Virus record (IMG/VR): IMGVR_UViG_3300022930_000007
Coordinates: 1 to 41,523 of that record
Reading direction: 5' to 3' (one strand)
From: a virus
Taxonomy: Duplodnaviria; Caudoviricetes
DNA: 41,523 nucleotides
Part shown: positions 1 to 9,000 of the stretch, in pieces
Numbering within the stretch: position 1 is the stretch's first letter
How the letters are laid out: each line of letters begins with the position of its first letter
The notes under the pieces: model-generated
The model's input: only the letters and a program-made list of their open reading frames with translations
What the model was told of the DNA's origin: nothing
Database searches by the model: none
Program-made: the position numbers and the translations under genes

Positions 1-127
1 CTGAAAAGTTCGATAGTTCAGGACGGGTAACTGAAAGGATTACCGAAACTATAAAAGCAAAATCTGCTGATAACTCTAAGCGTTCAAACAAATCTAGCTA
101 CGAAATTACCACAACCGTTAAGATGGT
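1..127. repeat. Terminal direct repeat identical to 41397-41523 (circular assembly overlap)
   Basis: Exact 127-nt match between the two ends; the spanin ORF reads through the join. Confidence 0.95.
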
Positions 128-275
128 TATTACTCAGACTAAGTTGAGAACTTTAAATATTCACACTAAGGATAAGCAAAAGTCCACCACGACTAATCGC
201 AATGGACTCTACTATTTATTAGGGGTTTTAGGAATAGTTGGATTAGCTTTTTGGCTTAAACCTTGGGCTAAATAA
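1..275 (+). CDS. 3' part of putative unimolecular spanin (starts at 41183, wraps origin)
   Basis: Frame continues from 41183 and ends ...NGLYYLLGVLGIVGLAFWLKPWAK* (TAA 273-275), a C-terminal TM helix. Confidence 0.75.
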   Translation, partial: EKFDSSGRVTERITETIKAKSADNSKRSNKSSYEITTTVKMVITQTKLRTLNIHTKDKQKSTTTNRNGLYYLLGVLGIVGLAFWLKPWAK

Positions 276-276
276 T

Positions 277-483
277 TTATGGGTATTCTATCGGCTTAAA
301 AGTTTTATTATCAATATGCTTTTTAGCTTTTTCGATTGATGAATGAGTATTTATTCTATCTTGTATCCAAATCGGAAACCACCAATACCTAACCTGTACT
401 TCATATCCACAATAACTATCTGCGACTATCCTATATCTTGTTCTAAATATAGATTTATTATTTGTTTTATCTTTGTATTCCAT
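277..483 (-). CDS. Hypothetical protein (likely start MEYKD at 483)
   Basis: ORF track; ATG directly after the dUTPase stop. Confidence 0.65.
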   Translation of the reverse strand: MEYKDKTNNKSIFRTRYRIVADSYCGYEVQVRYWWFPIWIQDRINTHSSIEKAKKHIDNKTFKPIEYP

Positions 484-484
484 A

Positions 485-901
485 TTAGTCCCCTGTGCTT
501 CCATATCCGTTTTCACCTCTTTCTGTTTGGCTTAATTCTTCCGACCATTCCGTTACACAGCTTACAAATGGCACTATAACCAATTGCGCTGTTCTGTCTC
601 CAAGTATATACATGTCACCATGTTCTTTAACATCGAATACAGCCATTATTTCCCCTCTATAAGAACTATCTATAACTCCAACAGAATTACTTAATCTTAC
701 ATCTCTACTTTTTATACTTGATCTTGGGAATAGTAGGCCAACATTACCTTCTGGTATTTCAACTGACAATCCGTAGAAGTGAGTTTCTTTTTTACCTATT
801 GTTGTTATTCTCGTTACAGTCAAATCTAATCCGGCATCACCATGTTTAGAATGACTTGGCAAAATTGCATTATCTCTTAATTTCTTGAATTTTAGTTTCA
901 T
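485..901 (-). CDS. dut: Trimeric dUTPase
   Basis: Motifs AGLDL, PRSS, GVIDSSYRGEI, AQLV, RGENGYGSTG. Confidence 0.97.
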   Translation of the reverse strand: MKLKFKKLRDNAILPSHSKHGDAGLDLTVTRITTIGKKETHFYGLSVEIPEGNVGLLFPRSSIKSRDVRLSNSVGVIDSSYRGEIMAVFDVKEHGDMYILGDRTAQLVIVPFVSCVTEWSEELSQTERGENGYGSTGD

Positions 902-1029
902 TTTAATATTTTAGTTGTTAGTATTTGTTTACCATTCCAATCATTTATCACCTTAACAGCCGTTTGTTTTATCGCCTCGGAAACTTTTAAGTCTCGGATA
1001 ACCTGCCATTGTAAATGAGTTGTAATCAT
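898..1029 (-). CDS. Small hypothetical protein, 43 aa (not in ORF track)
   Basis: MITTHLQWQVIRDL...; ATGA overlaps with both neighbours. Confidence 0.6.
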   Translation of the reverse strand: MITTHLQWQVIRDLKVSEAIKQTAVKVINDWNGKQILTTKILK

Positions 1030-1217
1030 GGCTGCTCATCTAAATCCATTTGTATAGCTTTAGATGGATGTAAACCCATCATAAAGTAAACTAGCCAAGC
1101 ATCGTGATCTAATTTATCTTTATACTCAATAACTGAGTAATTCCACATTCCTTTTTCTTTGCCGATCTGCCATAAGGTATTTAACCATATAGTAAATCCA
1201 TAAGGGTAAGTTTTCAT
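1026..1217 (-). CDS. Hypothetical protein
   Basis: ORF track; translational coupling. Confidence 0.65.
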   Translation of the reverse strand: MKTYPYGFTIWLNTLWQIGKEKGMWNYSVIEYKDKLDHDAWLVYFMMGLHPSKAIQMDLDEQP

Positions 1218-1297
1218 ACGTTCGTATAATTATACATCCACACCGCAATACATACGAATGGGATTAGTAGGGTTAGGGATATTAGTAGGGGTTTCAT
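1214..1297 (-). CDS. 27-aa hydrophobic peptide (not in ORF track)
   Basis: MKPLLISLTLLIPFVCIAVWMYNYTNV; ATGA overlaps at both ends. Confidence 0.55.
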   Translation of the reverse strand: MKPLLISLTLLIPFVCIAVWMYNYTNV

Positions 1298-1692
1298 GAT
1301 AAAAATAATTCTTTTTCTGTTAAAGAGTGGTAAAGGTTTTGTAATTGGTGGACTGTTTTTATTCTATAATAGAATCCTGTAACGGATATTTTTATCAGTC
1401 CATTTTGTTCTAAAACTATAAATTCAGAATTGAATTCATCATCTTCTTTTTTACAAAAAATATTTATTGAATTGCAACCTGTTTCATTATTCTTAATAAC
1501 AAAACCGAATTTTAATAATATTTTTTTAGTTAGAATTATAGGTTCTATTTCTTTTAACAAAGCCTCTCGGCATCCTAATACTGAATCTTCAACTACAATA
1601 CAACTTTTATTAGGTGAAATGCTATCAGCATCTATGCTATTTACTACTCCTAAATCTACTATATTGCCTATCCTTAATTCTGTCACTTTCAT
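1294..1692 (-). CDS. Phage hypothetical protein
   Basis: ELRIGN...IEPIILT...IKTVHQLQNLYHSLT pattern familiar from Bacteroidota phage small proteins. Confidence 0.75.
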   Translation of the reverse strand: MKVTELRIGNIVDLGVVNSIDADSISPNKSCIVVEDSVLGCREALLKEIEPIILTKKILLKFGFVIKNNETGCNSINIFCKKEDDEFNSEFIVLEQNGLIKISVTGFYYRIKTVHQLQNLYHSLTEKELFLS

Positions 1693-1880
1693 TTATTATC
1701 CTCCCTTGATTTTTTAGGCAACAAATTATATACGGTTGAAAAACTAACTTTAAGTTTCTTAGCCTGTATTTTAGCCCATTGCGTTTTACTACCACCTTTA
1801 AAGGATTTATTGAATTCCTCTAATATCGAATCGTTTCTTTTATTTCGATTCTTTTGCTGATCTGTATATATTGTTTCCAT
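1689..1880 (-). CDS. Small HTH DNA-binding protein
   Basis: AKKLKVSFSTVYNLL helix-turn-helix; first gene of the leftward operon. Confidence 0.65.
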   Translation of the reverse strand: METIYTDQQKNRNKRNDSILEEFNKSFKGGSKTQWAKIQAKKLKVSFSTVYNLLPKKSREDNK

Positions 1881-1975
1881 AATTCAAATGTATGTATTTA
1901 AATCGAATATTAAAAATAAAATAAATTTAATAATAAATTTGCATAATAACTTTAGACTCCGTACTATTGCTTAAC
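1881..1975. promoter_or_regulatory. Divergent early promoter region
   Basis: Minus: TACATTTG (1892-1885) 4 nt before ATG 1880. Plus: TTTG-N20-TACTATTG upstream of ATG 1990. Confidence 0.7.
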
Positions 1976-1989
1976 AATTAGAAACAACC

Positions 1990-2115
1990 ATGAGAAAATT
2001 AATCTTACAACGAATCACAGAACTAGAGGCCGAATCATTAACGAACGGTATGCTATGTTTAATGAACAAAGCTATTATAGCTGAACTAAAAAACTTATTA
2101 ACTGTAAAAAACTAG
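1990..2115 (+). CDS. 41-aa hypothetical protein (not in ORF track)
   Basis: MRKLILQRITELEAE...; follows the promoter, A-rich start region. Confidence 0.55.
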   Translation: MRKLILQRITELEAESLTNGMLCLMNKAIIAELKNLLTVKN

Positions 2116-2120
2116 AAACT

Positions 2121-2393
2121 ATGAAACACAAATCAATACAGCTTATAAATCAAATACACCTTGATGTTGTTCAATCTACAAATTACCAAAAGAACATTAA
2201 CGCTTATGGTGAACATTCGGATACATGCTTAATTTGCGGCAAAAGAGTAAAAGATATTACAAAATCTAAATTAGTTCATTTACTAACTAATGGTAATTTA
2301 ATAAGCACAGATGAGGCCCATGAAGATTCTCAGGGTTTTTACTCAGTAGGTTCTGATTGCGCTAAAAAACTTATTATTTCATTTTCATTTTAA
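2121..2393 (+). CDS. Hypothetical protein, possible Zn-binding
   Basis: CLICG and GSDC motifs. Confidence 0.7.
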   Translation: MKHKSIQLINQIHLDVVQSTNYQKNINAYGEHSDTCLICGKRVKDITKSKLVHLLTNGNLISTDEAHEDSQGFYSVGSDCAKKLIISFSF

Positions 2394-2397
2394 AGAC

Positions 2398-2727
2398 ATG
2401 TCAACAAAACACAAATCAATCAATCCCAAGTTTATAGACTTTAGTGCTACTGCATTATACTCAAACGCCAATATCGACATTAAGGATATTACAGGCATAT
2501 CTCCTAAAGACTCTGTTCAATGGTATTTCAAAGATGGTTATCCGGCTTCAGAATTACTAGTCTCAACAGTGCTTAAATGGATCGAAGCTAATAACCTACA
2601 CGTTCCAGAGGATATGCTTCCATTTGAATGCGATTCACTTAAATGGTTAGATGACAACTTTGAGTCGGCTACACGTGATTATTTTATGGCGGTATATGCA
2701 AAGGAAAGTGAGGTGGGGCATGACTAA
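2398..2727 (+). CDS. Hypothetical protein
   Basis: ORF track, tight operon packing. Confidence 0.7.
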   Translation: MSTKHKSINPKFIDFSATALYSNANIDIKDITGISPKDSVQWYFKDGYPASELLVSTVLKWIEANNLHVPEDMLPFECDSLKWLDDNFESATRDYFMAVYAKESEVGHD

Positions 2728-2902
2728 CAAAGAACTTGCCAACGCTATCGACTCAAGAATAGCAAACATGCAGTTAAGCACTCAGAAAATAAGTAAGCTA
2801 ACAAATGATCCGGAAGAAATACTAATGTGTCTCTCCCGTGAAATAGCCTACCAAGAATGCAGGAATATCATATTAAAGGTAATGGAGGAATCGGGATGTT
2901 AA
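2720..2902 (+). CDS. Hypothetical protein (likely start MTNKEL at 2720)
   Basis: Internal ATG overlapping the upstream stop. Confidence 0.6.
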   Translation: MTNKELANAIDSRIANMQLSTQKISKLTNDPEEILMCLSREIAYQECRNIILKVMEESGC

Positions 2903-3147
2903 CTATACAACATATAAAAGATTTTGTAGCAAAAGATCATGGATATTTAGACTATAAACATATCAGCAATTTTCATGCTACAGGAGTAATTAGTTGTTAT
3001 TCATTTGAAGATTTCTTGGAAGATTGCATGATCGAGTACCGTAACCAAGGCATTGAACAAGCTGCTAAAGTATGTTGTATTCATATGACAGATGGATTTA
3101 GTATATGTAGTGAATCAGCCGTTTTGGCTTTAAAGGAGGAGGTGTAA
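2896..3147 (+). CDS. Hypothetical protein (likely start MLTIQ at 2896)
   Basis: ORF track; coupled start. Confidence 0.6.
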   Translation: MLTIQHIKDFVAKDHGYLDYKHISNFHATGVISCYSFEDFLEDCMIEYRNQGIEQAAKVCCIHMTDGFSICSESAVLALKEEV

Positions 3148-3148
3148 T

Positions 3149-3355
3149 ATGAGAATACCAACTATAGAACAGATGCAAGATGCTGCCGACAAAGCAAACG
3201 GATATTTATTATTTAGTAAAGAGACTAAAGCCCCAATATTTAAAGAAGGGTTCATGTCTGGTGCTTCCTATATGGAACAACAACTAGAGCCGATCATCAC
3301 TGACTTAGAAATGCAAATCGTTAAACTTAAAAAACAATTAAATGAGCGCATATAA
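3149..3355 (+). CDS. Hypothetical protein, C-terminal coiled coil
   Basis: ORF track. Confidence 0.65.
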   Translation: MRIPTIEQMQDAADKANGYLLFSKETKAPIFKEGFMSGASYMEQQLEPIITDLEMQIVKLKKQLNERI

Positions 3356-3470
3356 AAGATTCCCCTTCGTTCAAGGATGGTTATTCGTAATGATACTGAT
3401 ATTCTTTATCCTGGTAGTTTTGCATTATATGGGCGGTATTGAGGTAACGAATGTATCAGGTATTGAGTAA
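3342..3470 (+). CDS. 42-aa single-TM peptide (not in ORF track)
   Basis: MSAYKRFPFVQGWLFVMILIFFILVVLHYMGG... Confidence 0.55.
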   Translation: MSAYKRFPFVQGWLFVMILIFFILVVLHYMGGIEVTNVSGIE

Positions 3471-3535
3471 CGGCAATGTGACTAACAAAGAAGTAGATAA
3501 TAAGTAAATTGCATCATAAAATAAAAAGGTTTGTT

Positions 3536-3706
3536 ATGGAGGAAAATAAAGTAATACCATGGAAATGGATAAGCGGAAAACACTGGATCAGTTCAGATGA
3601 AAAAAGGTTAACAAATGAAGAATACAAAAGCGGTCTTTATGCCATAAAACCTAGCTTAGGTTGTTGGTCTAATTATGAATGGTGTCTAGTTACTGACCTA
3701 TACTAA
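3536..3706 (+). CDS. Hypothetical protein (likely start MEENK)
   Basis: ORF track, internal ATG. Confidence 0.55.
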   Translation: MEENKVIPWKWISGKHWISSDEKRLTNEEYKSGLYAIKPSLGCWSNYEWCLVTDLY

Positions 3707-3763
3707 CAAGGCCAATAATATTGAACAAAATGAATGAATTAGTAAAACTAGAAAACAAATAAA

Positions 3764-4429
3764 ATGTCAGAAAAAGAAGAAGAAAAACCATTAGGATTAG
3801 CCTTGTTGAAAGCTAGTGATCTTACAAAAGTTGAGAACACAATACTAAACCCCTTTCAGCTTCAAATGCTGTTAAAGAAAACGCCTAAAGCATACATAAA
3901 AACGAGGCCAGCTAAAGGTGGTGGAACTTGGGAATTTGTTTCCGGTGGATATTTCCGTAAAGTTTTAAACATGATGTTCGGTTGGGATTGGGACTTTGAG
4001 ATAAAAGATAAACAGTTTATGTTTGGTCAGGTAATAGTTGAAGGTAGGCTAACTGTTAGAAGCAACGGAACAACAGTTGTGAAAGAGCAAATAGGCAGAA
4101 AAGATGTTATATTCAAAAAGGGAACTACTGACCCTTTAGATATTGGTAATGACTTTAAAGCTGCTGCTACGGATGCTCTTAAAAAGTGCGCTGCTGAACT
4201 AGGTATAGCTGCCGATATTTACAACGCCAGTGAATTTAAGGAGATAAAAGTTGATGTTAGCGATGAGTTAACACCGAGAGAAAAAAGCAAAATAGCAGAA
4301 GAAAATAGGCTAAAAAAACTTATTGATTCATGTTTGACAATAGATTCTTTGTCCGAATTAAGAGATCATATTAGCGAAGTTTTATTACCTTATTACAACG
4401 AAAAATGGAACGATCTGCAAGAGAAATAG
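3764..4429 (+). CDS. Rad52/Sak-like single-strand annealing protein
   Basis: LNMMFGWDWDFEI and KAAATDALKKCAAELGIAADIY match the Rad52_Rad22 pattern. Confidence 0.85.
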   Translation: MSEKEEEKPLGLALLKASDLTKVENTILNPFQLQMLLKKTPKAYIKTRPAKGGGTWEFVSGGYFRKVLNMMFGWDWDFEIKDKQFMFGQVIVEGRLTVRSNGTTVVKEQIGRKDVIFKKGTTDPLDIGNDFKAAATDALKKCAAELGIAADIYNASEFKEIKVDVSDELTPREKSKIAEENRLKKLIDSCLTIDSLSELRDHISEVLLPYYNEKWNDLQEK

Positions 4430-5271
4430 CTAACGAATTTAGAATCCGTGGTAGTGCTACAATTGAAATTGTTGCTGGCGAAATTGGTTTATCTGAAAAA
4501 CAAGCAGCAAAGTTAAAGGAATATAAAGAACGTTCTATAGGAATAGGCAGACCATTGACAGCTAACATGAAAGCCGAAATGATTGATCTTAAAATAAGAG
4601 AAGCTAATCCTGAATTACCAGAAGGAGCAAAAACGCATTGTAAAAAATGGCTTAAATCCTATCTATTCAAACGTAGGGAAGAACTAAAAAATAAGTACGT
4701 CAATAAAGGTAATGAAGGTGAGGAGGATGGATTTACTTTAATGGCATTGCAACTTAAGCTAGGAATGGTTTATAAGAACACTGAACGCAAACGTAACGAC
4801 TTCGCAGAGGGTGAATGTGACCTTAATCATAATCGGGTTATATTCGATAATAAATGTTCCTGGTCTTTAGATACATTCCCTATGTTTGAAACTGAAATAC
4901 CAGATCCAAAATATTGGTGGCAGTTACAAAACTATTCAACGCTATGGGATGCAGATAAACTTTGCTTATGCTATACACTTATCAATTCAAGTTATGAAGC
5001 CGTTGAACAGGCTATAAAGTGGGTAGAATCGCCAAATGAAAAGTATAAGATAGCTGAGAGGATGGTTTACACTCAATTTGAATTTGATGTACTGAAAGAT
5101 CATTTCTTTTCAACGTCTGACAGGAATACATTTATTGAGATACCAGAAGAAAAAAGGATTAAAGCATTCTACTTCGATATTGATAAGGATGCTCAAAAAA
5201 CAATTAAGGTAAGGTCTGAAATGTGTAGAGAATACATCTATTCACTTTTAATTAATATAGGGTATGCTTAG
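4405..5271 (+). CDS. YqaJ/lambda-exonuclease-like nuclease
   Basis: KGNEGE, GECD, DNKCSW, YWWQLQNY motifs; adjacent to the SSAP. Confidence 0.75.
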   Translation: MERSAREIANEFRIRGSATIEIVAGEIGLSEKQAAKLKEYKERSIGIGRPLTANMKAEMIDLKIREANPELPEGAKTHCKKWLKSYLFKRREELKNKYVNKGNEGEEDGFTLMALQLKLGMVYKNTERKRNDFAEGECDLNHNRVIFDNKCSWSLDTFPMFETEIPDPKYWWQLQNYSTLWDADKLCLCYTLINSSYEAVEQAIKWVESPNEKYKIAERMVYTQFEFDVLKDHFFSTSDRNTFIEIPEEKRIKAFYFDIDKDAQKTIKVRSEMCREYIYSLLINIGYA

Positions 5272-5608
5272 AATGACAAACGCAGATCGATTAATATATG
5301 TTAGAGATAACTATTTAATTTATTCCGACTTAGAATTATCTAAAATATTACATGTAAGTCCAAAGACTGTAGCATCAGACAGAAAATCCTTAAATCTTCA
5401 TAGGCTTAAAGGTAGACCACGGGATAAAGATAAGATAGCTAATGTATTAACGCTTCATAGTAATGGATTTGGAGTAGGTAAAATAAAAAATGTTACCGGA
5501 TTAGAACGCAACTCTATTTACTATATAATCAATTCGTATCTTAAACCTTTAGAAAGGTCTGTAAATACTATTACATTAATCATCGAAAGTAAACTTAACT
5601 ATCAATAA
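5264..5608 (+). CDS. HTH DNA-binding protein (two HTH-like segments)
   Basis: ELSKILHVSPKTV and GKIKNVTGLERNSIYYII. Confidence 0.65.
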   Translation: MLRMTNADRLIYVRDNYLIYSDLELSKILHVSPKTVASDRKSLNLHRLKGRPRDKDKIANVLTLHSNGFGVGKIKNVTGLERNSIYYIINSYLKPLERSVNTITLIIESKLNYQ

Positions 5609-5817
5609 TGTACCCACCTTACCAAAACACAGGAAAGCCAGTAGGATTAAACACCCTGAAAGCTGGAGATAAATACAGATGCAACGGATATGCAAGCGAG
5701 AATACTATTATGGCGGTAATGGAGAGTTACCTAAAGATCAAGCGCCAGGATGGTTGGATAATTAATTTGAGCCTAGAAAACCCAATGTATAAGCAGATAG
5801 TTTATGTTGACCGCTAA
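5608..5817 (+). CDS. Hypothetical protein
   Basis: ORF track; TAATG overlap. Confidence 0.65.
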   Translation: MYPPYQNTGKPVGLNTLKAGDKYRCNGYASENTIMAVMESYLKIKRQDGWIINLSLENPMYKQIVYVDR

Positions 5818-5947
5818 TCAACTAGCATTCCACAACTGGCAAGATGGGTTGGATTGGGATTATAGTAACATCATTGATACAAAAACTATCATACAATTAA
5901 CGTTATTTTGTGAGGAACTTAAACAAGAGAAAAATGAAAACTATTAA
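5804..5947 (+). CDS. 47-aa hypothetical protein (not in ORF track)
   Basis: MLTANQLAFHNWQDG...; fills the gap, overlaps both neighbours. Confidence 0.5.
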   Translation: MLTANQLAFHNWQDGLDWDYSNIIDTKTIIQLTLFCEELKQEKNENY

Positions 5948-6107
5948 ATTTCACCTAATACAATATCAGGCCTTTAGAATGTTGTTTAAAGGTTCGTATT
6001 ATTACAAGTCTTTTGGAATACCTGTATTTCCTTTCTGGTCTGAAAAAAATATAAATTCATGTCAAGCTAAAACAATCAAAATAGAAAAATATGAAAACAG
6101 GAGTTGA
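5934..6107 (+). CDS. Hypothetical protein (likely start MKTIK)
   Basis: ORF track, internal ATG. Confidence 0.55.
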   Translation: MKTIKFHLIQYQAFRMLFKGSYYYKSFGIPVFPFWSEKNINSCQAKTIKIEKYENRS

Positions 6108-6384
6108 ATTAATCGCTATAGAGCGACAAGAACAAATTGAAAAGCATGGTTTTGATAATCAATACACAAAAGATCACCCAGAGTATTACTTAAATAAACA
6201 GTTGGTAATTGCTGCCACTGAATTATTAAGTCAGCATCCAAGTATCATGAGATTTCCTGAAAGCTGGGATAATAAAGCAACCATACACCGTATGGCATCT
6301 AAGTCATACAAAGAACGCTTAATAATCGCAGGCGCTTTGATAGCAGCAGAAATAGATCGGTTGCAGGCTACAGGAGGCCAATAA
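6091..6384 (+). CDS. Conserved phage hypothetical protein
   Basis: IAIERQEQIEKHG...AGALIAAEIDRL, a common phage pattern. Confidence 0.75.
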   Translation: MKTGVELIAIERQEQIEKHGFDNQYTKDHPEYYLNKQLVIAATELLSQHPSIMRFPESWDNKATIHRMASKSYKERLIIAGALIAAEIDRLQATGGQ

Positions 6385-6385
6385 C

Positions 6386-6496
6386 ATGACAACATTAGCA
6401 ATCGGCATACTCGCCTACTTCATCTTATTCACAATCGGAATCTGCATCGGTCTACATGGCGCTCAGGATTATGGCATTGATAGGGAGGGGTATTAA
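6386..6496 (+). CDS. 36-aa single-TM peptide (not in ORF track)
   Basis: MTTLAIGILAYFILFTIGICIGLHG... Confidence 0.55.
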   Translation: MTTLAIGILAYFILFTIGICIGLHGAQDYGIDREGY

Positions 6497-6498
6497 TT

Positions 6499-6732
6499 AT
6501 GAAGAAGAAACTTACTAAAGGACAAAAAAACGAATTGTCTAGACAAGCTTTTCAAGAACGTAAGACCGCAATTGAAAAACATGGATATAGTATTAAGTCA
6601 AGAAAATTAGGTTATGGTGAAACATCAGTTTCTTTATGGAAAGATGGTCTATGCTTACATCCTGGTCAATCTTACGAATACGAATTTCAAGTAGTAGATA
6701 TAGCAGAAAAATTAATAAATAAAATTATATGA
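6499..6732 (+). CDS. Hypothetical protein
   Basis: ORF track. Confidence 0.65.
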   Translation: MKKKLTKGQKNELSRQAFQERKTAIEKHGYSIKSRKLGYGETSVSLWKDGLCLHPGQSYEYEFQVVDIAEKLINKII

Positions 6733-6905
6733 AAAAGAAAGTAATAATTGAAATTGAAGTTGAAACTAATTCAACCGACAGAAGTGTAGATCAAGTCTTA
6801 AGATCACGTTTAGAGTTTTGGGAGGCGCTAGATGCTAATGCATATATTATAAATCCACAAATAGTCCAGATTGATATTTATCCAATAGAAAATGAAAATT
6901 CTTAA
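6729..6905 (+). CDS. 58-aa hypothetical protein (not in ORF track)
   Basis: MKKKVIIEIEVETN...; ATGA overlap. Confidence 0.6.
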   Translation: MKKKVIIEIEVETNSTDRSVDQVLRSRLEFWEALDANAYIINPQIVQIDIYPIENENS

Positions 6906-7539
6906 TTTGTATTCGTGTATTGGAGGTAATAGATACCTTTGGGGCGATGAACACGAAATAACCGCAATTGAATTAGATCCGGAATTAGCCAGGATGTATC
7001 AAGAAAGATTTCCTAATGATACGGTTATAGTCACTGATGCTCACCAATACTTACTTGACCATTATAAGGAATATGATTTCATCTGGTCAAGTCCTCCTTG
7101 CCCTAGTCATTCACGGGCCCGGTATTGGAGCAGTTCAAACTACGATACAACTACAGAAGCTGTTTATCCAGATATGAAGTTATACGAGGAAATACTTTTC
7201 TTGCAACACTACTACAGAACTGGTAAATTTGTAGTTGAGAATGTGATACCTTTCTATGAACCATTAATTCCAGCTAAGAAAAGAGGCAGGCACTTGTATT
7301 GGACTAACTTTAATTTGCCTTCTGACTTAGGTGATAGAAGGATACAGATAGGTGCCGGTAAAGATGAATTAACTGAGTTGGAAAAATTTCACAAGATTGA
7401 TTTATCAAAATATAATGGGGATCAGCGTAAAGATAAAGTAGCTAGGAATTTGGTTGATTATGTTGCTGGAAAAACTATACTAGATACTGCTATTGGTATA
7501 GTTAAAAGTAATCACGTACATCAATCGGCATTATTTTAA
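6892..7539 (+). CDS. Short C5-cytosine DNA methyltransferase (orphan)
   Basis: Motif I LYSCIGG, motif IV SPPC, motif VI VENV, motif VIII-like RGRHLYW. Confidence 0.85.
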   Translation: MKILNLYSCIGGNRYLWGDEHEITAIELDPELARMYQERFPNDTVIVTDAHQYLLDHYKEYDFIWSSPPCPSHSRARYWSSSNYDTTTEAVYPDMKLYEEILFLQHYYRTGKFVVENVIPFYEPLIPAKKRGRHLYWTNFNLPSDLGDRRIQIGAGKDELTELEKFHKIDLSKYNGDQRKDKVARNLVDYVAGKTILDTAIGIVKSNHVHQSALF

Positions 7540-7540
7540 A

Positions 7541-7563
7541 CCCCATTAATTTGGGCTTTTTTT
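7541..7563 (+). terminator. Probable intrinsic terminator
   Basis: Short CCCA/TGGG hairpin followed by a T-run after the MTase. Confidence 0.4.
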
Positions 7564-7596
7564 GGATTAATCAATTACAATATGTAAATTAGCAGA
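7561..7596 (+). promoter_or_regulatory. Promoter for replication genes
   Basis: TTTG-N20-TAAATTAG, then 4 nt, then ATG 7597. Confidence 0.6.
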
Positions 7597-7755
7597 ATGG
7601 AAAAAGAAATACTTATAGATCCTCAAAAAACATTTACTAAATCTGAGTATCACAAACGGTTTGGAACTAACAGAGTTAAGATCGACCAAATGATTAAAGA
7701 CAAAGAGCTAAAGACAATAACTGTTAAAGGCACTACTTTAATCCTAATCAAATAA
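7597..7755 (+). CDS. 52-aa basic protein, possibly excisionase/HTH-like (not in ORF track)
   Basis: MEKEILIDPQKTFTKSEYHKRFGTNRVKIDQMIKDKELKTITVKGTTLILIK. Confidence 0.6.
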   Translation: MEKEILIDPQKTFTKSEYHKRFGTNRVKIDQMIKDKELKTITVKGTTLILIK

Positions 7756-7790
7756 TTTTTAGGCGGTAAAATTTTACAAAACGTAATTAG

Positions 7791-8288
7791 ATGAAAGAAC
7801 TAATACCGATTGACACAGAGTATAAAGGATTATACTTTAGAAGTAGACTCGAAGCTAGATGGGCTGTTTTCTTTGATGCAATTAAATGGAAATGGGAATA
7901 TGAATTTCAGGATTATGTATTGCCATCCGGCAGATATTTACCAGACTTCTACTTTCCGGACATTAATTGTTACGGCGAAGTTAAACCATTTGAGTTAACT
8001 CATATTGAGCTAAAAAAGTGTTGTGAGCTATCAGAAATCATAAATGATAACATACATAAGATTGATGTAATATTGTTTGAAGGAACGCCACATTACGGAA
8101 AATTAAGAACTGTATCCGGTGGTGTATTTGGAATGGATGTAACCATGATGCCTGTAGGCGATACATATTATCCATTCTATTTTAGCGATCAAACTAAGTT
8201 TGTTTGTAGCGAATCTCACAGAGCAATTACTAAGGCAAGACAGGCCAGATTTGAGTTTGAATGGAAGGAGAAATACAACAATGGCTAA
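7791..8288 (+). CDS. PD-(D/E)XK-like nuclease
   Basis: FRSRLEARWAVFFD...YLPDF...YGEVK. Confidence 0.75.
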   Translation: MKELIPIDTEYKGLYFRSRLEARWAVFFDAIKWKWEYEFQDYVLPSGRYLPDFYFPDINCYGEVKPFELTHIELKKCCELSEIINDNIHKIDVILFEGTPHYGKLRTVSGGVFGMDVTMMPVGDTYYPFYFSDQTKFVCSESHRAITKARQARFEFEWKEKYNNG

Positions 8289-9000
8289 GGAATTACCATA
8301 CTTCAAATTTTACATCAATGAGTGGGTCAATGGTGATATTACTCTCGAAGATTACGAATTGCAAGGAATATTCATAAATGTTTGCGGTTATTATTGGTCA
8401 AAAGACTGCGATTTATCTCTGATAAACTTGAATAAAAAATTCAGGGGATTTGAGGATAAAATTAAGCAATTAATTGACTCAAAAATAATTAAGGTAATCG
8501 GCGAAAATGTAGCTATATCGTTCTTAAACGAACAATTAGAGAGCAAAGAGGTGCAGATTGTAACTAACAGAATCAATGGCGCAAAGGGTGGTAGACCTAA
8601 GACAATAAAAACCGAAGAAAAACCGAATGGGTTAATTTTCGCTAACCGAAACATAACCGAAAGCATAACCGAAACGAAAGCGAAAGATAACCCAAACATA
8701 ACCAATATAGAGGAGAGTAGAGTAGAGAAGAGTAAAGAAGATAATATAAAAGATCTTTTTGATATTTTTTGGTCTAAGTATCCAGTTAAGGTTTCAAAGG
8801 CAAGTTGCTTCACTAAATTCAAAAGCCTTTCAGATGTTCAAAGGGGAAAAATAATTTCAACAGTTGATGCATTTGCTAAATGGAAACAGTTTGAAAATTG
8901 GACACACCCAAACCCACTAACTTACCTAAACCAAAAAAGGTTTGATGATGACTTAACCGTTCAATCGCAATTGCCTTTAAAATCTAAACTTCAATACTAA
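8281..9000 (+). CDS. Replication initiator-like protein (likely start MAKELPYFKF)
   Basis: PYFKFY..W..G N-terminus, NGAKGGRPK, FDIFWSKYP, HPNPLTYLNQKRFDD; upstream of the helicase; internal iterons. Confidence 0.75.
   Translation: MAKELPYFKFYINEWVNGDITLEDYELQGIFINVCGYYWSKDCDLSLINLNKKFRGFEDKIKQLIDSKIIKVIGENVAISFLNEQLESKEVQIVTNRINGAKGGRPKTIKTEEKPNGLIFANRNITESITETKAKDNPNITNIEESRVEKSKEDNIKDLFDIFWSKYPVKVSKASCFTKFKSLSDVQRGKIISTVDAFAKWKQFENWTHPNPLTYLNQKRFDDDLTVQSQLPLKSKLQY
8607..8706 (+). repeat. Iteron-like AACCGAA repeats, probable replication origin
   Basis: Five AACCGAA copies (three as TAACCGAAA at 11-12 nt spacing) plus degenerate TAACCC/TAACCA, followed by a purine-rich tract. Confidence 0.65.

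Noticed and set aside
1258-1294. ATTAGTAGGG short direct repeat as a regulatory site
   Set aside because: Explained by repeated Leu-Leu-Ile codons of the 27-aa minus-strand peptide
3437-3472. GGTATTGAG(G)TAACG direct repeat
   Set aside because: Two short copies inside a small ORF (GIE..GIE); no further support
5864-5881. AGTAAC-ATCATT-GATACA as another operator
   Set aside because: Two mismatches, inside a probable ORF, no adjacent promoter box
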